Shown one piece after another: positions 39,935-49,286 of a stretch of DNA of 64,000 bases (its first letter is position 1; every line of letters begins with the position of its first letter). Position numbers and translations under genes: made by a program. The notes beneath the pieces are model-generated. The model ran no database searches. It worked only from the letters and a program-made list of their open reading frames with translations, and was not told the origin of the DNA. The stretch is from a virus. The stretch is taken from positions 32,001-96,000 of IMG/VR virus record IMGVR_UViG_3300027833_000021; one strand, 5' to 3'.

Positions 39935-40668
39935 TACACAACACAGATTGGCATAAGACTTTAGAAGACCCATCTAAATTCAAATCGAATTGGGATTGGA
40001 CAGTAGCACACAGTGAATATCATTTTGATGATACTATACAAGACCAAGAAGGTGAATGGTTTAAAGTATTAGGTCGATTTGAAGGTGATTGGCAAGAAGA
40101 AAACGAGAGACTAATTAAAGAATCGAAAAAAGCGATTAATTGGGAAACTCGTAAATTTTCTTATAAGAACGAAGTATCACCTATGTTAGAACAAGAAGAG
40201 TATGACATCGCTCAAGGCGGTGGAGACCCTAAGAACCTTATGTTGACTAACATGACTGACGATTTAGCAGACTATCCAGTAATTACTAAAATGAAAGATT
40301 CATTTGGTGTACTAGGAGAAGTAGGAGTTAATTTTAAATTTCGCAGTCATGTTCAGTTACCAGGTCAAATGTTTAATAAACATATTGATAAACTATGGGA
40401 TATATGTCCAGAAGACCCAGAACAAGTATGTCGTATTACATTCTTTTTAGAAGATTGGAGACCAGGACAGTTTTATATGTATGGCAATCATATCTATGAA
40501 AGATGGAAAGCAGGAGAAGCCCATATATTTGATTGGGCTAACGTACCACACGCAACTGCAAATGCGAGTAATTATCCAAGACCTGCATTACAAATTACAG
40601 GGTTAAAATCTGATTTGACAAGAGAGATTATTGCAAACGGTTCCAGAGATGTTGTCTGGAAGATATAA
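39931..40668 (+). CDS. 2OG-Fe(II) oxygenase-like (cupin) protein
   Basis: PGQ...HID...W..GE...FDW...PHATAN....R. Confidence 0.7.
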   Translation: MIHNTDWHKTLEDPSKFKSNWDWTVAHSEYHFDDTIQDQEGEWFKVLGRFEGDWQEENERLIKESKKAINWETRKFSYKNEVSPMLEQEEYDIAQGGGDPKNLMLTNMTDDLADYPVITKMKDSFGVLGEVGVNFKFRSHVQLPGQMFNKHIDKLWDICPEDPEQVCRITFFLEDWRPGQFYMYGNHIYERWKAGEAHIFDWANVPHATANASNYPRPALQITGLKSDLTREIIANGSRDVVWKI

Positions 40669-41310
40669 ATGAACCCCACTTTAACGATTATGACCGGCCC
40701 GCAAGGTTCAGGTAATCACTTGTTCAGCAAAGCGTTAGGACAAAATAAGAATATATTTGTCTGGCCCAGTCTACAAGAAAAGTATTGGGAAGGTCACGAT
40801 TTAGAACCCTTTGCAGAATACTGGAAAGACCCATCAAAACTAAATGACTTTGATTGGAAACAGAGTAACTATTTCATTACAAGCATCAGTTGTCCATATT
40901 TCGATGATGGTGTAGAAACTATTCCACAATATAATGAGTTCATAGATGAAGCAAAGAAATTTGCTAACATTCAGTTTCTAATAATTGGTAGAGACAGAAA
41001 TATTATGAAATTACAACAAGAACGTGTAAGAGGTAAACACACTACACCTGAATTCTTGTCACAAATAGATAGTGTAATTTTCAATTATAAAACTATTTTT
41101 GCTAGCCAAGAAATGTTATACTTATACGAGTTGACTTACTTACAGTGGTTAGAAAAAGAATTAGGTTTATACCCAATAGAAATAACACCAGATAATATCA
41201 AATTATTAGATATACTATCTAATGATGCAAATGAGAAATATATATCACAAACAAAGTCTGACCTAGACAAAACAATAAAACTAGCAAGTAGTTATAAAGG
41301 CGCTCTATGA
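40669..41310 (+). CDS. P-loop/sulfotransferase-like protein
   Basis: TGPQGSGNH; IIGRD. Confidence 0.55.
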   Translation: MNPTLTIMTGPQGSGNHLFSKALGQNKNIFVWPSLQEKYWEGHDLEPFAEYWKDPSKLNDFDWKQSNYFITSISCPYFDDGVETIPQYNEFIDEAKKFANIQFLIIGRDRNIMKLQQERVRGKHTTPEFLSQIDSVIFNYKTIFASQEMLYLYELTYLQWLEKELGLYPIEITPDNIKLLDILSNDANEKYISQTKSDLDKTIKLASSYKGAL

Positions 41311-41657
41311 GTTTATTATTCATAAACATTACATATGTAGCATACCGATTACTTGTATCAGCACATATTGTAAAGTTCTTTAACAAGTATATGCCCTATG
41401 GGTTTGCAGTATTAATAATGTCGCAGGTTAGTTTTGCATACGACTTTGGATTATTTGCATATTTATTTTCAGCACAGTCGTTTCCAAGCATTATGGAAAT
41501 AGTACAATCAGATATCATGTATACACTACGAGTTGGAATAGCCTGGTGGATAATTAAAATTCTATGGGATAGATTAAATAATTATTATCTAGCAGTATTC
41601 ATTGGAGCAGAAATGACATTCGCAGTAGACTACTTTATATTTGATGGAATGTTTTAA
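41307..41657 (+). CDS. Small multi-TM membrane protein (candidate TctB substitute)
   Basis: About four hydrophobic segments; last gene of the tct operon. Confidence 0.65.
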   Translation: MSLLFINITYVAYRLLVSAHIVKFFNKYMPYGFAVLIMSQVSFAYDFGLFAYLFSAQSFPSIMEIVQSDIMYTLRVGIAWWIIKILWDRLNNYYLAVFIGAEMTFAVDYFIFDGMF

Positions 41658-41741
41658 AATTATACTAAATATACCTAGAAACTCTTTACTATTCGTATTC
41701 GATGTGTTATAATAAGTGTTTATATTGAAAGAAGGAATCAC

Positions 41742-42455
41742 ATGGCAGTAGGAATAATTTCAGCAATACCAGAAGAATATTCAAGGTTAGAGTGGGATGC
41801 TGAACCAAAGACAGAAATAATTGTAAATAAGATTTTTAAATTTGGTAAGATTAATGGTATAGATGTAATTGCCGCAGAGTGTGGAATAGGTAAAGTAAAC
41901 GCCGCACTAACAACAGGTTTGTTACTAGGTCACTTTGGTTGTGATAGTATAGCATTTAGTGGTGTTGCTGGTGGTATAAATCCAGAGTTGAAACAAGGTG
42001 ATATTCTTATTGCTGACGAACTTATTCAACATGACTACGGTGCAATTGTAAATGGTCAGTTAATTAGTTCTATTCCTGGTAGTTTTCCAGCATTAGACGA
42101 TACAGATGATGACATAGCATATCGTATGCCAGAGAGATTAAAAAATGCACTAATTAATGTCATAGGACTAGAACCAAAGTTTGGTCGTATTCTTACAGGC
42201 GATACTTACTTGTCTTGTGAAAGTACAAGAAAAATGTTTCGTGGACAGTTTGGTGCAGATGCAATTGAAATGGAAGGCGGTGCAATTGCACAGGTATGTT
42301 GTTCATGGCATGTACCATTTGTGGTTGTAAGAGTATTAAGTGATTTGGCTGGTGCTGAATCACAATATGAATTTGAGGAGTTTGTAGATGATGCGAGTAA
42401 GAAAGCCGCAAGTATCGTAAGTAGAGTTCTCCCAGTATTGGATGTTTGGAAATGA
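41742..42455 (+). CDS. mtnN: MTA/SAH nucleosidase
   Basis: GIGKVNAA, SGVAGG, TGD, EMEGGAIAQVC, R.LSDLAG; promoter TTTACT-17-TATAAT at 41685-41713. Confidence 0.93.
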   Translation: MAVGIISAIPEEYSRLEWDAEPKTEIIVNKIFKFGKINGIDVIAAECGIGKVNAALTTGLLLGHFGCDSIAFSGVAGGINPELKQGDILIADELIQHDYGAIVNGQLISSIPGSFPALDDTDDDIAYRMPERLKNALINVIGLEPKFGRILTGDTYLSCESTRKMFRGQFGADAIEMEGGAIAQVCCSWHVPFVVVRVLSDLAGAESQYEFEEFVDDASKKAASIVSRVLPVLDVWK

Positions 42456-42901
42456 TTGAGAACTTTAGTGATACACCATTTGAAGTAAACGAACAAGAAG
42501 TTCTTATCGATGGAGAATTTTACAAGGTATATCCTGACATGTGGCCAGCATGTGAAGGACATCTATTATTCGTTCCTAAAATAAATACAATTGAATATAT
42601 AACGAAGACAATAGGCGAAGTAGTTGCTTACGGAGAAAATTTGGTAAAAACTGGACAAATTGACGGATATCATTTTGGTATGAATATGAGAGAACCAGCA
42701 GGACAATCAGTTTTGTGGCCTCACGTTCATTTCTTACCAAGACATAAAGATGATGTAGAAGGTTTTCCTGGTAGTGTCAGATTAGCACACAGAGGACATA
42801 GAGGTTCAGAGTATTATGGATTTCATCCAGAATATAAAGATGAGTATCGAAATGTGCATAAACATATAAAATGGAATGATGAGGAGACAAGGAATGAATA
42901 A
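42452..42901 (+). CDS. HIT-family nucleotide hydrolase
   Basis: GHLLFVPK, AGQSV.WPHVHFLPR. Confidence 0.85.
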   Translation: MIENFSDTPFEVNEQEVLIDGEFYKVYPDMWPACEGHLLFVPKINTIEYITKTIGEVVAYGENLVKTGQIDGYHFGMNMREPAGQSVLWPHVHFLPRHKDDVEGFPGSVRLAHRGHRGSEYYGFHPEYKDEYRNVHKHIKWNDEETRNE

Positions 42902-44306
42902 ATCATACGAATCAAAATCAGCAATAATTCTTCTTTACGGCTCATCAGAGTATAAGACGTTAGATAAGAAACTAAACGGTCAATTAGATACAATGTGCTT
43001 GGCAAATAGTGTTGATACTAAAGATAATTTAGAAACTGAAATGACATATCCATCTAAAGTCAATACACGAGCGATATGTGTAGTTAAGACAGACAAACAA
43101 TCAGATGATGATTGGAGAAACATTGGTGGAAAATATTACAGTAGATATAAAGAACAAGTAGACCATGTTTACTTTGATGATGAAATGCCTAAAGAAGTCT
43201 ATGACGGCGCAATGATGGCAAAATATTCATTTTCAAAATACAAAACTAAAGATAAACCTTCATCCGCAGAAATTCATGTTGACGATATTGATACGATTGA
43301 TACATTACATGAAAGTATTTACTTCTCACGTGACTTGGTCTCAGAACCAGGAAATGTTTTATATCCAGCAGAGTATGCCAAAAGAATTAATGATACATTA
43401 TCACCACTAGGTGTCAATGTAAAAATATATCATCAAGCACAACTAGAAGAAATGGGCTTAAGTCTATTATTGAGTGTTGGTCAAGGTTCAGCAAGAGACA
43501 GTTATGTTGTTGTTATGGAACACATGAATGGTAAGGTTGGTAAATCACCAATTGCACTAGTAGGTAAAGGTGTTACATTTGACACTGGCGGTATCAGTCT
43601 TAAACCAGGACGTAACATGGGCGATATGAAATACGACATGGGCGGTAGTGCCGCAGTTGTAGGTGCTATGCATGCCATCGCAAAAAATAAGTTGAAGCAG
43701 AATGTTGTTGGTATTGTAGGGCTTGTTGAGAATATGCCTGATGGTACAGCAATTAAACCTGGTGATGTTGTTACATCATTAAGTGGATTAACAGTCGAAA
43801 ACCTCAACACAGACGCCGAAGGCCGCTTGGTATTAGCAGATATTCTAACTTACATACAAAACGAATATAGTCCTTCTTGTATGGTTGACTTAGCAACATT
43901 AACTGGTGCTATAGTTGCCACATTAGGAAACGAAATGGCAGGATTATTTACAAACTCTACAGATTGGTCTAATCATATCATGGATGCTGGTAAACAATCA
44001 GGTGAAGGTTTCTTCCGTATGCCAATGGGCGAAAACTGGAATAAAATGACAGATAGTAAGATTGCTGATATGCAGAATATAGGTGGACCATATGGTGGTT
44101 CAACAACAGCCGCTGAATTTTTATACAGATTTGTTGACCCAACAATACCTTGGGCGCACTTAGACATTGCTGGTATGGCTTGGAATCGTTCAGACAAAGA
44201 TACTTGTCCCGTTGGTGCAGTTGGCTTTGGTGTAAAGACACTTTTTAATCTAGTTAAAGAAAATAAACCATGTGAAATGGCTATAGATGAAGACATGAAG
44301 TACTAA
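42894..44306 (+). CDS. pepA: Leucyl aminopeptidase (M17)
   Basis: VGKGVTFDTGG, MKYDMGG, NTDAEGRL, ATLTGA, WAHLDIAG. Confidence 0.95.
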   Translation: MNKSYESKSAIILLYGSSEYKTLDKKLNGQLDTMCLANSVDTKDNLETEMTYPSKVNTRAICVVKTDKQSDDDWRNIGGKYYSRYKEQVDHVYFDDEMPKEVYDGAMMAKYSFSKYKTKDKPSSAEIHVDDIDTIDTLHESIYFSRDLVSEPGNVLYPAEYAKRINDTLSPLGVNVKIYHQAQLEEMGLSLLLSVGQGSARDSYVVVMEHMNGKVGKSPIALVGKGVTFDTGGISLKPGRNMGDMKYDMGGSAAVVGAMHAIAKNKLKQNVVGIVGLVENMPDGTAIKPGDVVTSLSGLTVENLNTDAEGRLVLADILTYIQNEYSPSCMVDLATLTGAIVATLGNEMAGLFTNSTDWSNHIMDAGKQSGEGFFRMPMGENWNKMTDSKIADMQNIGGPYGGSTTAAEFLYRFVDPTIPWAHLDIAGMAWNRSDKDTCPVGAVGFGVKTLFNLVKENKPCEMAIDEDMKY

Positions 44307-44350
44307 ATTGTATAAATACGAATATAATATTATTCGTAAGGAAATACAAT

Positions 44351-45340
44351 ATGTCATTCATTATAGCGTTCACACTTAGGTGGTTAATCAAAGGGTGGCT
44401 ATTAGCCAAACTCGCAGTAGTTGTCAGACGGTCAATAGTAAGAAAGTACAACTTAGAAAAGAACTTCAAACAAACTCAATCAAACGAGAAAATCAGATGG
44501 GCAGACTTGAGATGGTATGCCGATTTGGCGGCAAATGTATATAGTTCTAAAGATAAAATACATGCTATCTATGATAAAGACTTTTCAGTTTATATTAATG
44601 AAATAAACGAAATACAGTATATTGTACTAACTGATAAAACCACAAAGAACAACTATGTGTCAATAAGAGGTACATCTAATTCACACAACGCAATGCAAGA
44701 TATCAATTTCTTTAAAGATAAAAGTAAGCGATTAGGCATTCAAATTCACACAGGATTTCATAGAACAGCAGAAATGATTGCTGATGATTTATTATCCAGA
44801 CTTAACGAGAAATATGCAGTTACAGTTACTGGACATAGTCTTGGTGGTGCCGCGGCTCTTGTTACTTCTTGGTATCTCGACCATGCAAATTTCAATGTGA
44901 AAGAATGTATCACTTTCGGTCAGCCTAAAGTTACAGACTCACACGGCAATAGAGTAATGCGTGACAGAGTTAAACTAACCCGTGTTGTGAATGAAACAGA
45001 TGTTGTGCCTTTAGTGCCACCTACAGGTACACACAGACACAGATATGCTCATATTGGGACACTAGTGAAGTTACTAGACAATGGCAAATATTGCCACTTA
45101 CAAGAACCAGATAGTTTGAACTTCGGTGTAAATAGTTTTTGGTTATTTGCAGCCAGAGAAAGTTTCTCTTTCTATGAAATTGGTAAAGAATTACCAGACC
45201 ACTTTATGACTAGTTACATTGATAACATGAAAATGTGTTCAAGTACTGAAGAAGGTCAAGAAGTATTGTGGAAAGATAGACTACAATACATCGCTGATGA
45301 AGGTATGCTTGGTGAATTTGGCAAGAAAAAAGACAAATGA
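44351..45340 (+). CDS. Class 3 lipase
   Basis: IRGT, HTGF, GHSLGG, TFGQP, DVVPLVP, DH; late promoter at 44311-44318. Confidence 0.9.
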   Translation: MSFIIAFTLRWLIKGWLLAKLAVVVRRSIVRKYNLEKNFKQTQSNEKIRWADLRWYADLAANVYSSKDKIHAIYDKDFSVYINEINEIQYIVLTDKTTKNNYVSIRGTSNSHNAMQDINFFKDKSKRLGIQIHTGFHRTAEMIADDLLSRLNEKYAVTVTGHSLGGAAALVTSWYLDHANFNVKECITFGQPKVTDSHGNRVMRDRVKLTRVVNETDVVPLVPPTGTHRHRYAHIGTLVKLLDNGKYCHLQEPDSLNFGVNSFWLFAARESFSFYEIGKELPDHFMTSYIDNMKMCSSTEEGQEVLWKDRLQYIADEGMLGEFGKKKDK

Positions 45341-45534
45341 AAATAAAAGACATATTACAACTACCTAACATAGAAATCGGTGACGAGATACTAGTAGGTA
45401 AGTTTAAGAATCGTAAAGCAACAGTAACGGGCTTTGACATAGACGACAACAATCAGCCAGTCCTAAAAACAACCAAGGGTGACCAGAAGTTATTCAAACC
45501 TAGACTAGTTAAATTAATGAATAAGGAGAAGTAA
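45337..45534 (+). CDS. Small conserved phage protein
   Basis: GDEILVGKFKNRK...D.NNQP. Confidence 0.7.
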   Translation: MKIKDILQLPNIEIGDEILVGKFKNRKATVTGFDIDDNNQPVLKTTKGDQKLFKPRLVKLMNKEK

Positions 45535-45535
45535 A

Positions 45536-45991
45536 ATGGCAGAGCAACAACATATTCAAGACCCATTTTTATACAGATGCGTAATACAGAGAATAGTAGA
45601 TGGAGATACAGTAGATATCGATATCGATTTAGGATTTGGTATTTGGTTACGCAAAGAAAGAGTTCGTGTAGCAGGCATTGATACACCTGAAAAGAGAACT
45701 AGAGACAAAATTGAAAAAATGTTTGGATTGGCAGCCACTGCTAAAGCACATACATTGATTCCAGAAGGTTCAGAATGTATAGTTAGAACTCGCAGAGATA
45801 AAGCCGGTAAGTATGGTAGAACTATGGGTGACTTTGTAATGACTGATGGCAGATTGTATACAGAAGTTATGGTTGAAACTCATCACGCAGTTCCTTATGA
45901 AGGACAAGCAAAAGCAGATGTTGAAGCCGCTCACTTAGTAAATAGAGAAATCTTGTGGGAGAGTGGAGAAGTTGAACGCCTTGGGCTCTAA
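45536..45991 (+). CDS. Thermonuclease (SNase)-family nuclease
   Basis: VDGDT, RVAGIDTPE, KYGR. Confidence 0.9.
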   Translation: MAEQQHIQDPFLYRCVIQRIVDGDTVDIDIDLGFGIWLRKERVRVAGIDTPEKRTRDKIEKMFGLAATAKAHTLIPEGSECIVRTRRDKAGKYGRTMGDFVMTDGRLYTEVMVETHHAVPYEGQAKADVEAAHLVNREILWESGEVERLGL

Positions 45992-46691
45992 GATTGCCTT
46001 TGTAGGCGATAGTTTTTGTTCAGAATTTCCAGAGTTAGAATTCTGGACTTCTAGGACATCAGATATGATTTCTGACTATCCCGCATGGACTACAATGCTC
46101 TTAGAAGAATACAATGCCACTGCTATTCAAAAAGGTATTAGAGGAGATTGTTTATTTCATGCATTTCAGAAATTACTTGAAGTCATAGATGATGCAGACT
46201 ATATAATAATCTGTGTAACTGAACCGCGAAGATTAGCAAACTCTAGTAAAATTCCCATGACTATTACTATCGCTGAAGACCCAGAATCTCGTTATTTCAT
46301 CAGCAAAGAAGTCACATCCTCATCTCTAATGTATTATAAGAATCTTATGAACTACGATTTTCATAGAGTAGCACAACGAGGAATTATAACACAGATGGAC
46401 CAATTGTTATTAAAAAAGAAGAAAAAATGTATATGGTTTCCTTGTTTCTACAATTCAACATCAAGTGACGTACTAGAAAAGCCAGGTGACATATTACAAG
46501 AAGACTATCAAATTACAAGCGGACCATATGGTACAAAACCTCTGTATGAGTTTGCAGAACTTCACACTCCTATGATACCACATAGTAATCATTTTTCGAA
46601 AGAACAGAACGAAAATATGTTTAAACTTATAAAAGATATAATAGATACGGATGCATTCTTGCCAAGAGAACTAAATATGAGTGTAATATAA
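45963..46691 (+). CDS. SGNH-like hydrolase
   Basis: FVGDSFC; NHFS near the C-terminus. Confidence 0.6.
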   Translation: MEKLNALGSKIAFVGDSFCSEFPELEFWTSRTSDMISDYPAWTTMLLEEYNATAIQKGIRGDCLFHAFQKLLEVIDDADYIIICVTEPRRLANSSKIPMTITIAEDPESRYFISKEVTSSSLMYYKNLMNYDFHRVAQRGIITQMDQLLLKKKKKCIWFPCFYNSTSSDVLEKPGDILQEDYQITSGPYGTKPLYEFAELHTPMIPHSNHFSKEQNENMFKLIKDIIDTDAFLPRELNMSVI

Positions 46692-47980
46692 TGAGTGAAA
46701 CTGAACCAATGAAACAAAAAGAAATCATATCTAAGACATATTGTCCACTTCCGTTTAATCACTTATACGTACATCCCACTAATATGGCAAGTGTATGTTG
46801 TATATATCGTAAAACTACAGAGAAAATGAGTCTACCTAATATCAAAGATTATAAAAATCTAGGTGACCACTTACATCATCCATTCATAAAAGACATACAA
46901 CAAAAGATGTTGAAAGGCGAGAAAGTCGATGGGTGTGCTACTTGTTATCATGCAGAAGAACATGGCTTTCAAAGTTTCCGAGAGAGAGAAATACAAACTT
47001 GGCATGTTGAAACTGGCCGTGACTTCACTCCGCCAGACTTAAACAATCCAAAACTAGAATACATGGAAATGACATTTGGCAACTATTGCAATCTAGCGTG
47101 TAGAACGTGTGACAGTAACCTAAGTCACAGTTGGATAGATGACGAAGAAGAACTTGTAAAACGTGGACTACTTAATGCACTACACAACGCATCCCCTACA
47201 TCAATGCCATTATTGCAGTCAAAAAGAATTAACATTGAAAAAGAATGGCATTCAGATGATTTCAAAGATTTACAATACATAAAGATAACTGGTGGTGAAC
47301 CAATGTTACATCCTGACTTTCCTAAATTTATGGCACAGTTAGAACAAGAAAACGTTCATTGTTTCATATTTACTAATGCAAGTTGGGTACCTAAACAAAG
47401 AATATTTGACATGATAAAGAACTTTAAATTTCTTCAGGTGTTTATGAGCGTAGACGGCACGGGCGATGTACAAGAATACATGAGGCATAATGCTAAGTGG
47501 AAAACTACAGACAAATCAGTAAGAGCATGGATGCAATTTGCATCCTCTTCAAGTAATGTTCAGATAGCGTGGGCACCAACATGGTCACTAATGAATGCAC
47601 CTTATTTTGTAGAAACATGTAATTGGTGGTTAGGACTAACAGAAGAAATTAAACAGCCAACTAGTTGGGGATGTCTTAAGACAAATTTCGTATATGGTCC
47701 ATCAATTTATCAAATGAGTTTATTGCCAAATGAGGCAAAAGAAAAACTAAAAATACAAGCATTAGAGTATATTGAAGAATTAAAAAATAAAGATATCGAT
47801 GGTAAAGAACATATAATTGAGATGTCAGAAGCATATATAAGCAACTTTGATAATGATAATAAAAAAAGTGACTTAGAAGACTATCACAAAATGACAGATG
47901 CATTAGATGAAATGCGTGGACAATCCACAGAGAAGATGTTACCACTAACTTATGAAGCAATGCACAATCGCAACAAATAG
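46691..47980 (+). CDS. Radical SAM protein with N-terminal Twitch/SPASM-like domain (paralog A)
   Basis: CNLACRTC, GGEP, SVDG; N-terminal C..CC..C..C. Confidence 0.9.
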   Translation: MSETEPMKQKEIISKTYCPLPFNHLYVHPTNMASVCCIYRKTTEKMSLPNIKDYKNLGDHLHHPFIKDIQQKMLKGEKVDGCATCYHAEEHGFQSFREREIQTWHVETGRDFTPPDLNNPKLEYMEMTFGNYCNLACRTCDSNLSHSWIDDEEELVKRGLLNALHNASPTSMPLLQSKRINIEKEWHSDDFKDLQYIKITGGEPMLHPDFPKFMAQLEQENVHCFIFTNASWVPKQRIFDMIKNFKFLQVFMSVDGTGDVQEYMRHNAKWKTTDKSVRAWMQFASSSSNVQIAWAPTWSLMNAPYFVETCNWWLGLTEEIKQPTSWGCLKTNFVYGPSIYQMSLLPNEAKEKLKIQALEYIEELKNKDIDGKEHIIEMSEAYISNFDNDNKKSDLEDYHKMTDALDEMRGQSTEKMLPLTYEAMHNRNK

Positions 47981-47993
47981 ATGGGAGTAATAT

Positions 47994-49286
47994 ATGGATA
48001 ATAAATGGCAATTACATACAGGTCTAGGTGACCCGACATGTGCATTAAAATTTGGTTGGTCTACTGTTAAATTATCAGAAGGAACATCTGCATCTTGTCA
48101 TAGAACTGCATACGATAAAGTACCTGAGGGAGACTTTGGTAAATTTCATCACACTCCTACTCAGATGGAAACTCGTAAACTTATGTTGGAAGGTAAATGG
48201 CCGGGTCAAGGCTGTGAGTACTGCAAGAAAATAGAAGATGCTGGTGGTATATCAGATAGAATGGAGGCTAACTCCATGGACCCTAAACACTTTAGTACAA
48301 CTGAATGTAAAATATTAGAAGTATATTTTAGTAATGTATGTAATCAAGCATGTATATATTGCTCTCCTGAATATAGTTCTATGTGGGAAGTTGAGAATAA
48401 GAAGTTCGAACTAGAAATGGTTGTTAATCCTCATGGAAAAGAATTCCTTAAAGACAAAGATAATTTCAAAAGAATAAAGAGTGAGTTTTGGGAATGGATG
48501 GAAAACAACCATAAGCCATTAGTTAAATATAATATACTAGGAGGTGAACCATTCTTTCAACCAGAACTCGCAGAGAATTTAGACTTCTTTGAAACTCATC
48601 CTTGTCCTAATTTGGAATTAACAATAATTAGCAACCTCAAGTGCCCAGAGAAAAGATTTCGTGCAACAATGGATAAGATAGATAATCTTCGTGCCATTGG
48701 TCATCTAGGACAGGTAAGAATTACTGGTTCTATTGATTGTTGGGGGGATGCATTTGAATACACACGTTGGGGTGCAAAGTTAGAAGAGTTCGACAGAAAT
48801 CTTGGTATACTTATGTTAGATTATAAAGAGATAGAAGTTGAAATACATATGACTATGGGTGCTACAACAATAAAAGATATGCCAGAACTAATAACAAGAT
48901 TAAACTATTGGAATAATCTAAGAAATCCATTAAGAGAAAAGTCATCTCAAGTAGAGTCGGGTGTGAAAGAGAATAGTCATATTAAACCTATACATCTCAA
49001 TGCTAACTTTGTTGTATGGCCGCATCATATGGCACCTGACATATTCCCTACAGGATTCTTTAAAGAAGATTTTAAAAGGGTAAATGCAGAGTTAGACAAA
49101 GGCATCTGGCGCCGTACTTTGTATGAATTGATGAAAGGATATGAAAAGTCAATAGATAATTCACCGGGTGATTATGAACTAATAAATAAACTAAAAGAAG
49201 ATTTAACAAATATAGACAGAAGAAGAGGATGTGATTCGAAGAAAACATTCCCTTGGTTATATAAATTTAATGAAAAAAATACATGA
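47994..49286 (+). CDS. Radical SAM protein
   Basis: CNQACIYC, GGEPF, SID; N-terminal C..CH..C..C. Confidence 0.9.
   Translation: MDNKWQLHTGLGDPTCALKFGWSTVKLSEGTSASCHRTAYDKVPEGDFGKFHHTPTQMETRKLMLEGKWPGQGCEYCKKIEDAGGISDRMEANSMDPKHFSTTECKILEVYFSNVCNQACIYCSPEYSSMWEVENKKFELEMVVNPHGKEFLKDKDNFKRIKSEFWEWMENNHKPLVKYNILGGEPFFQPELAENLDFFETHPCPNLELTIISNLKCPEKRFRATMDKIDNLRAIGHLGQVRITGSIDCWGDAFEYTRWGAKLEEFDRNLGILMLDYKEIEVEIHMTMGATTIKDMPELITRLNYWNNLRNPLREKSSQVESGVKENSHIKPIHLNANFVVWPHHMAPDIFPTGFFKEDFKRVNAELDKGIWRRTLYELMKGYEKSIDNSPGDYELINKLKEDLTNIDRRRGCDSKKTFPWLYKFNEKNT

Noticed and set aside
31940-44306. Bacterial chromosome or contamination, given clpX/infC/rpsU/pepA/mtnN
   Set aside because: Bacterial synteny is absent (no clpP/tig, thrS/rpmI/rplT or dnaG), and the genes are interleaved with T4-like late promoters and phage genes
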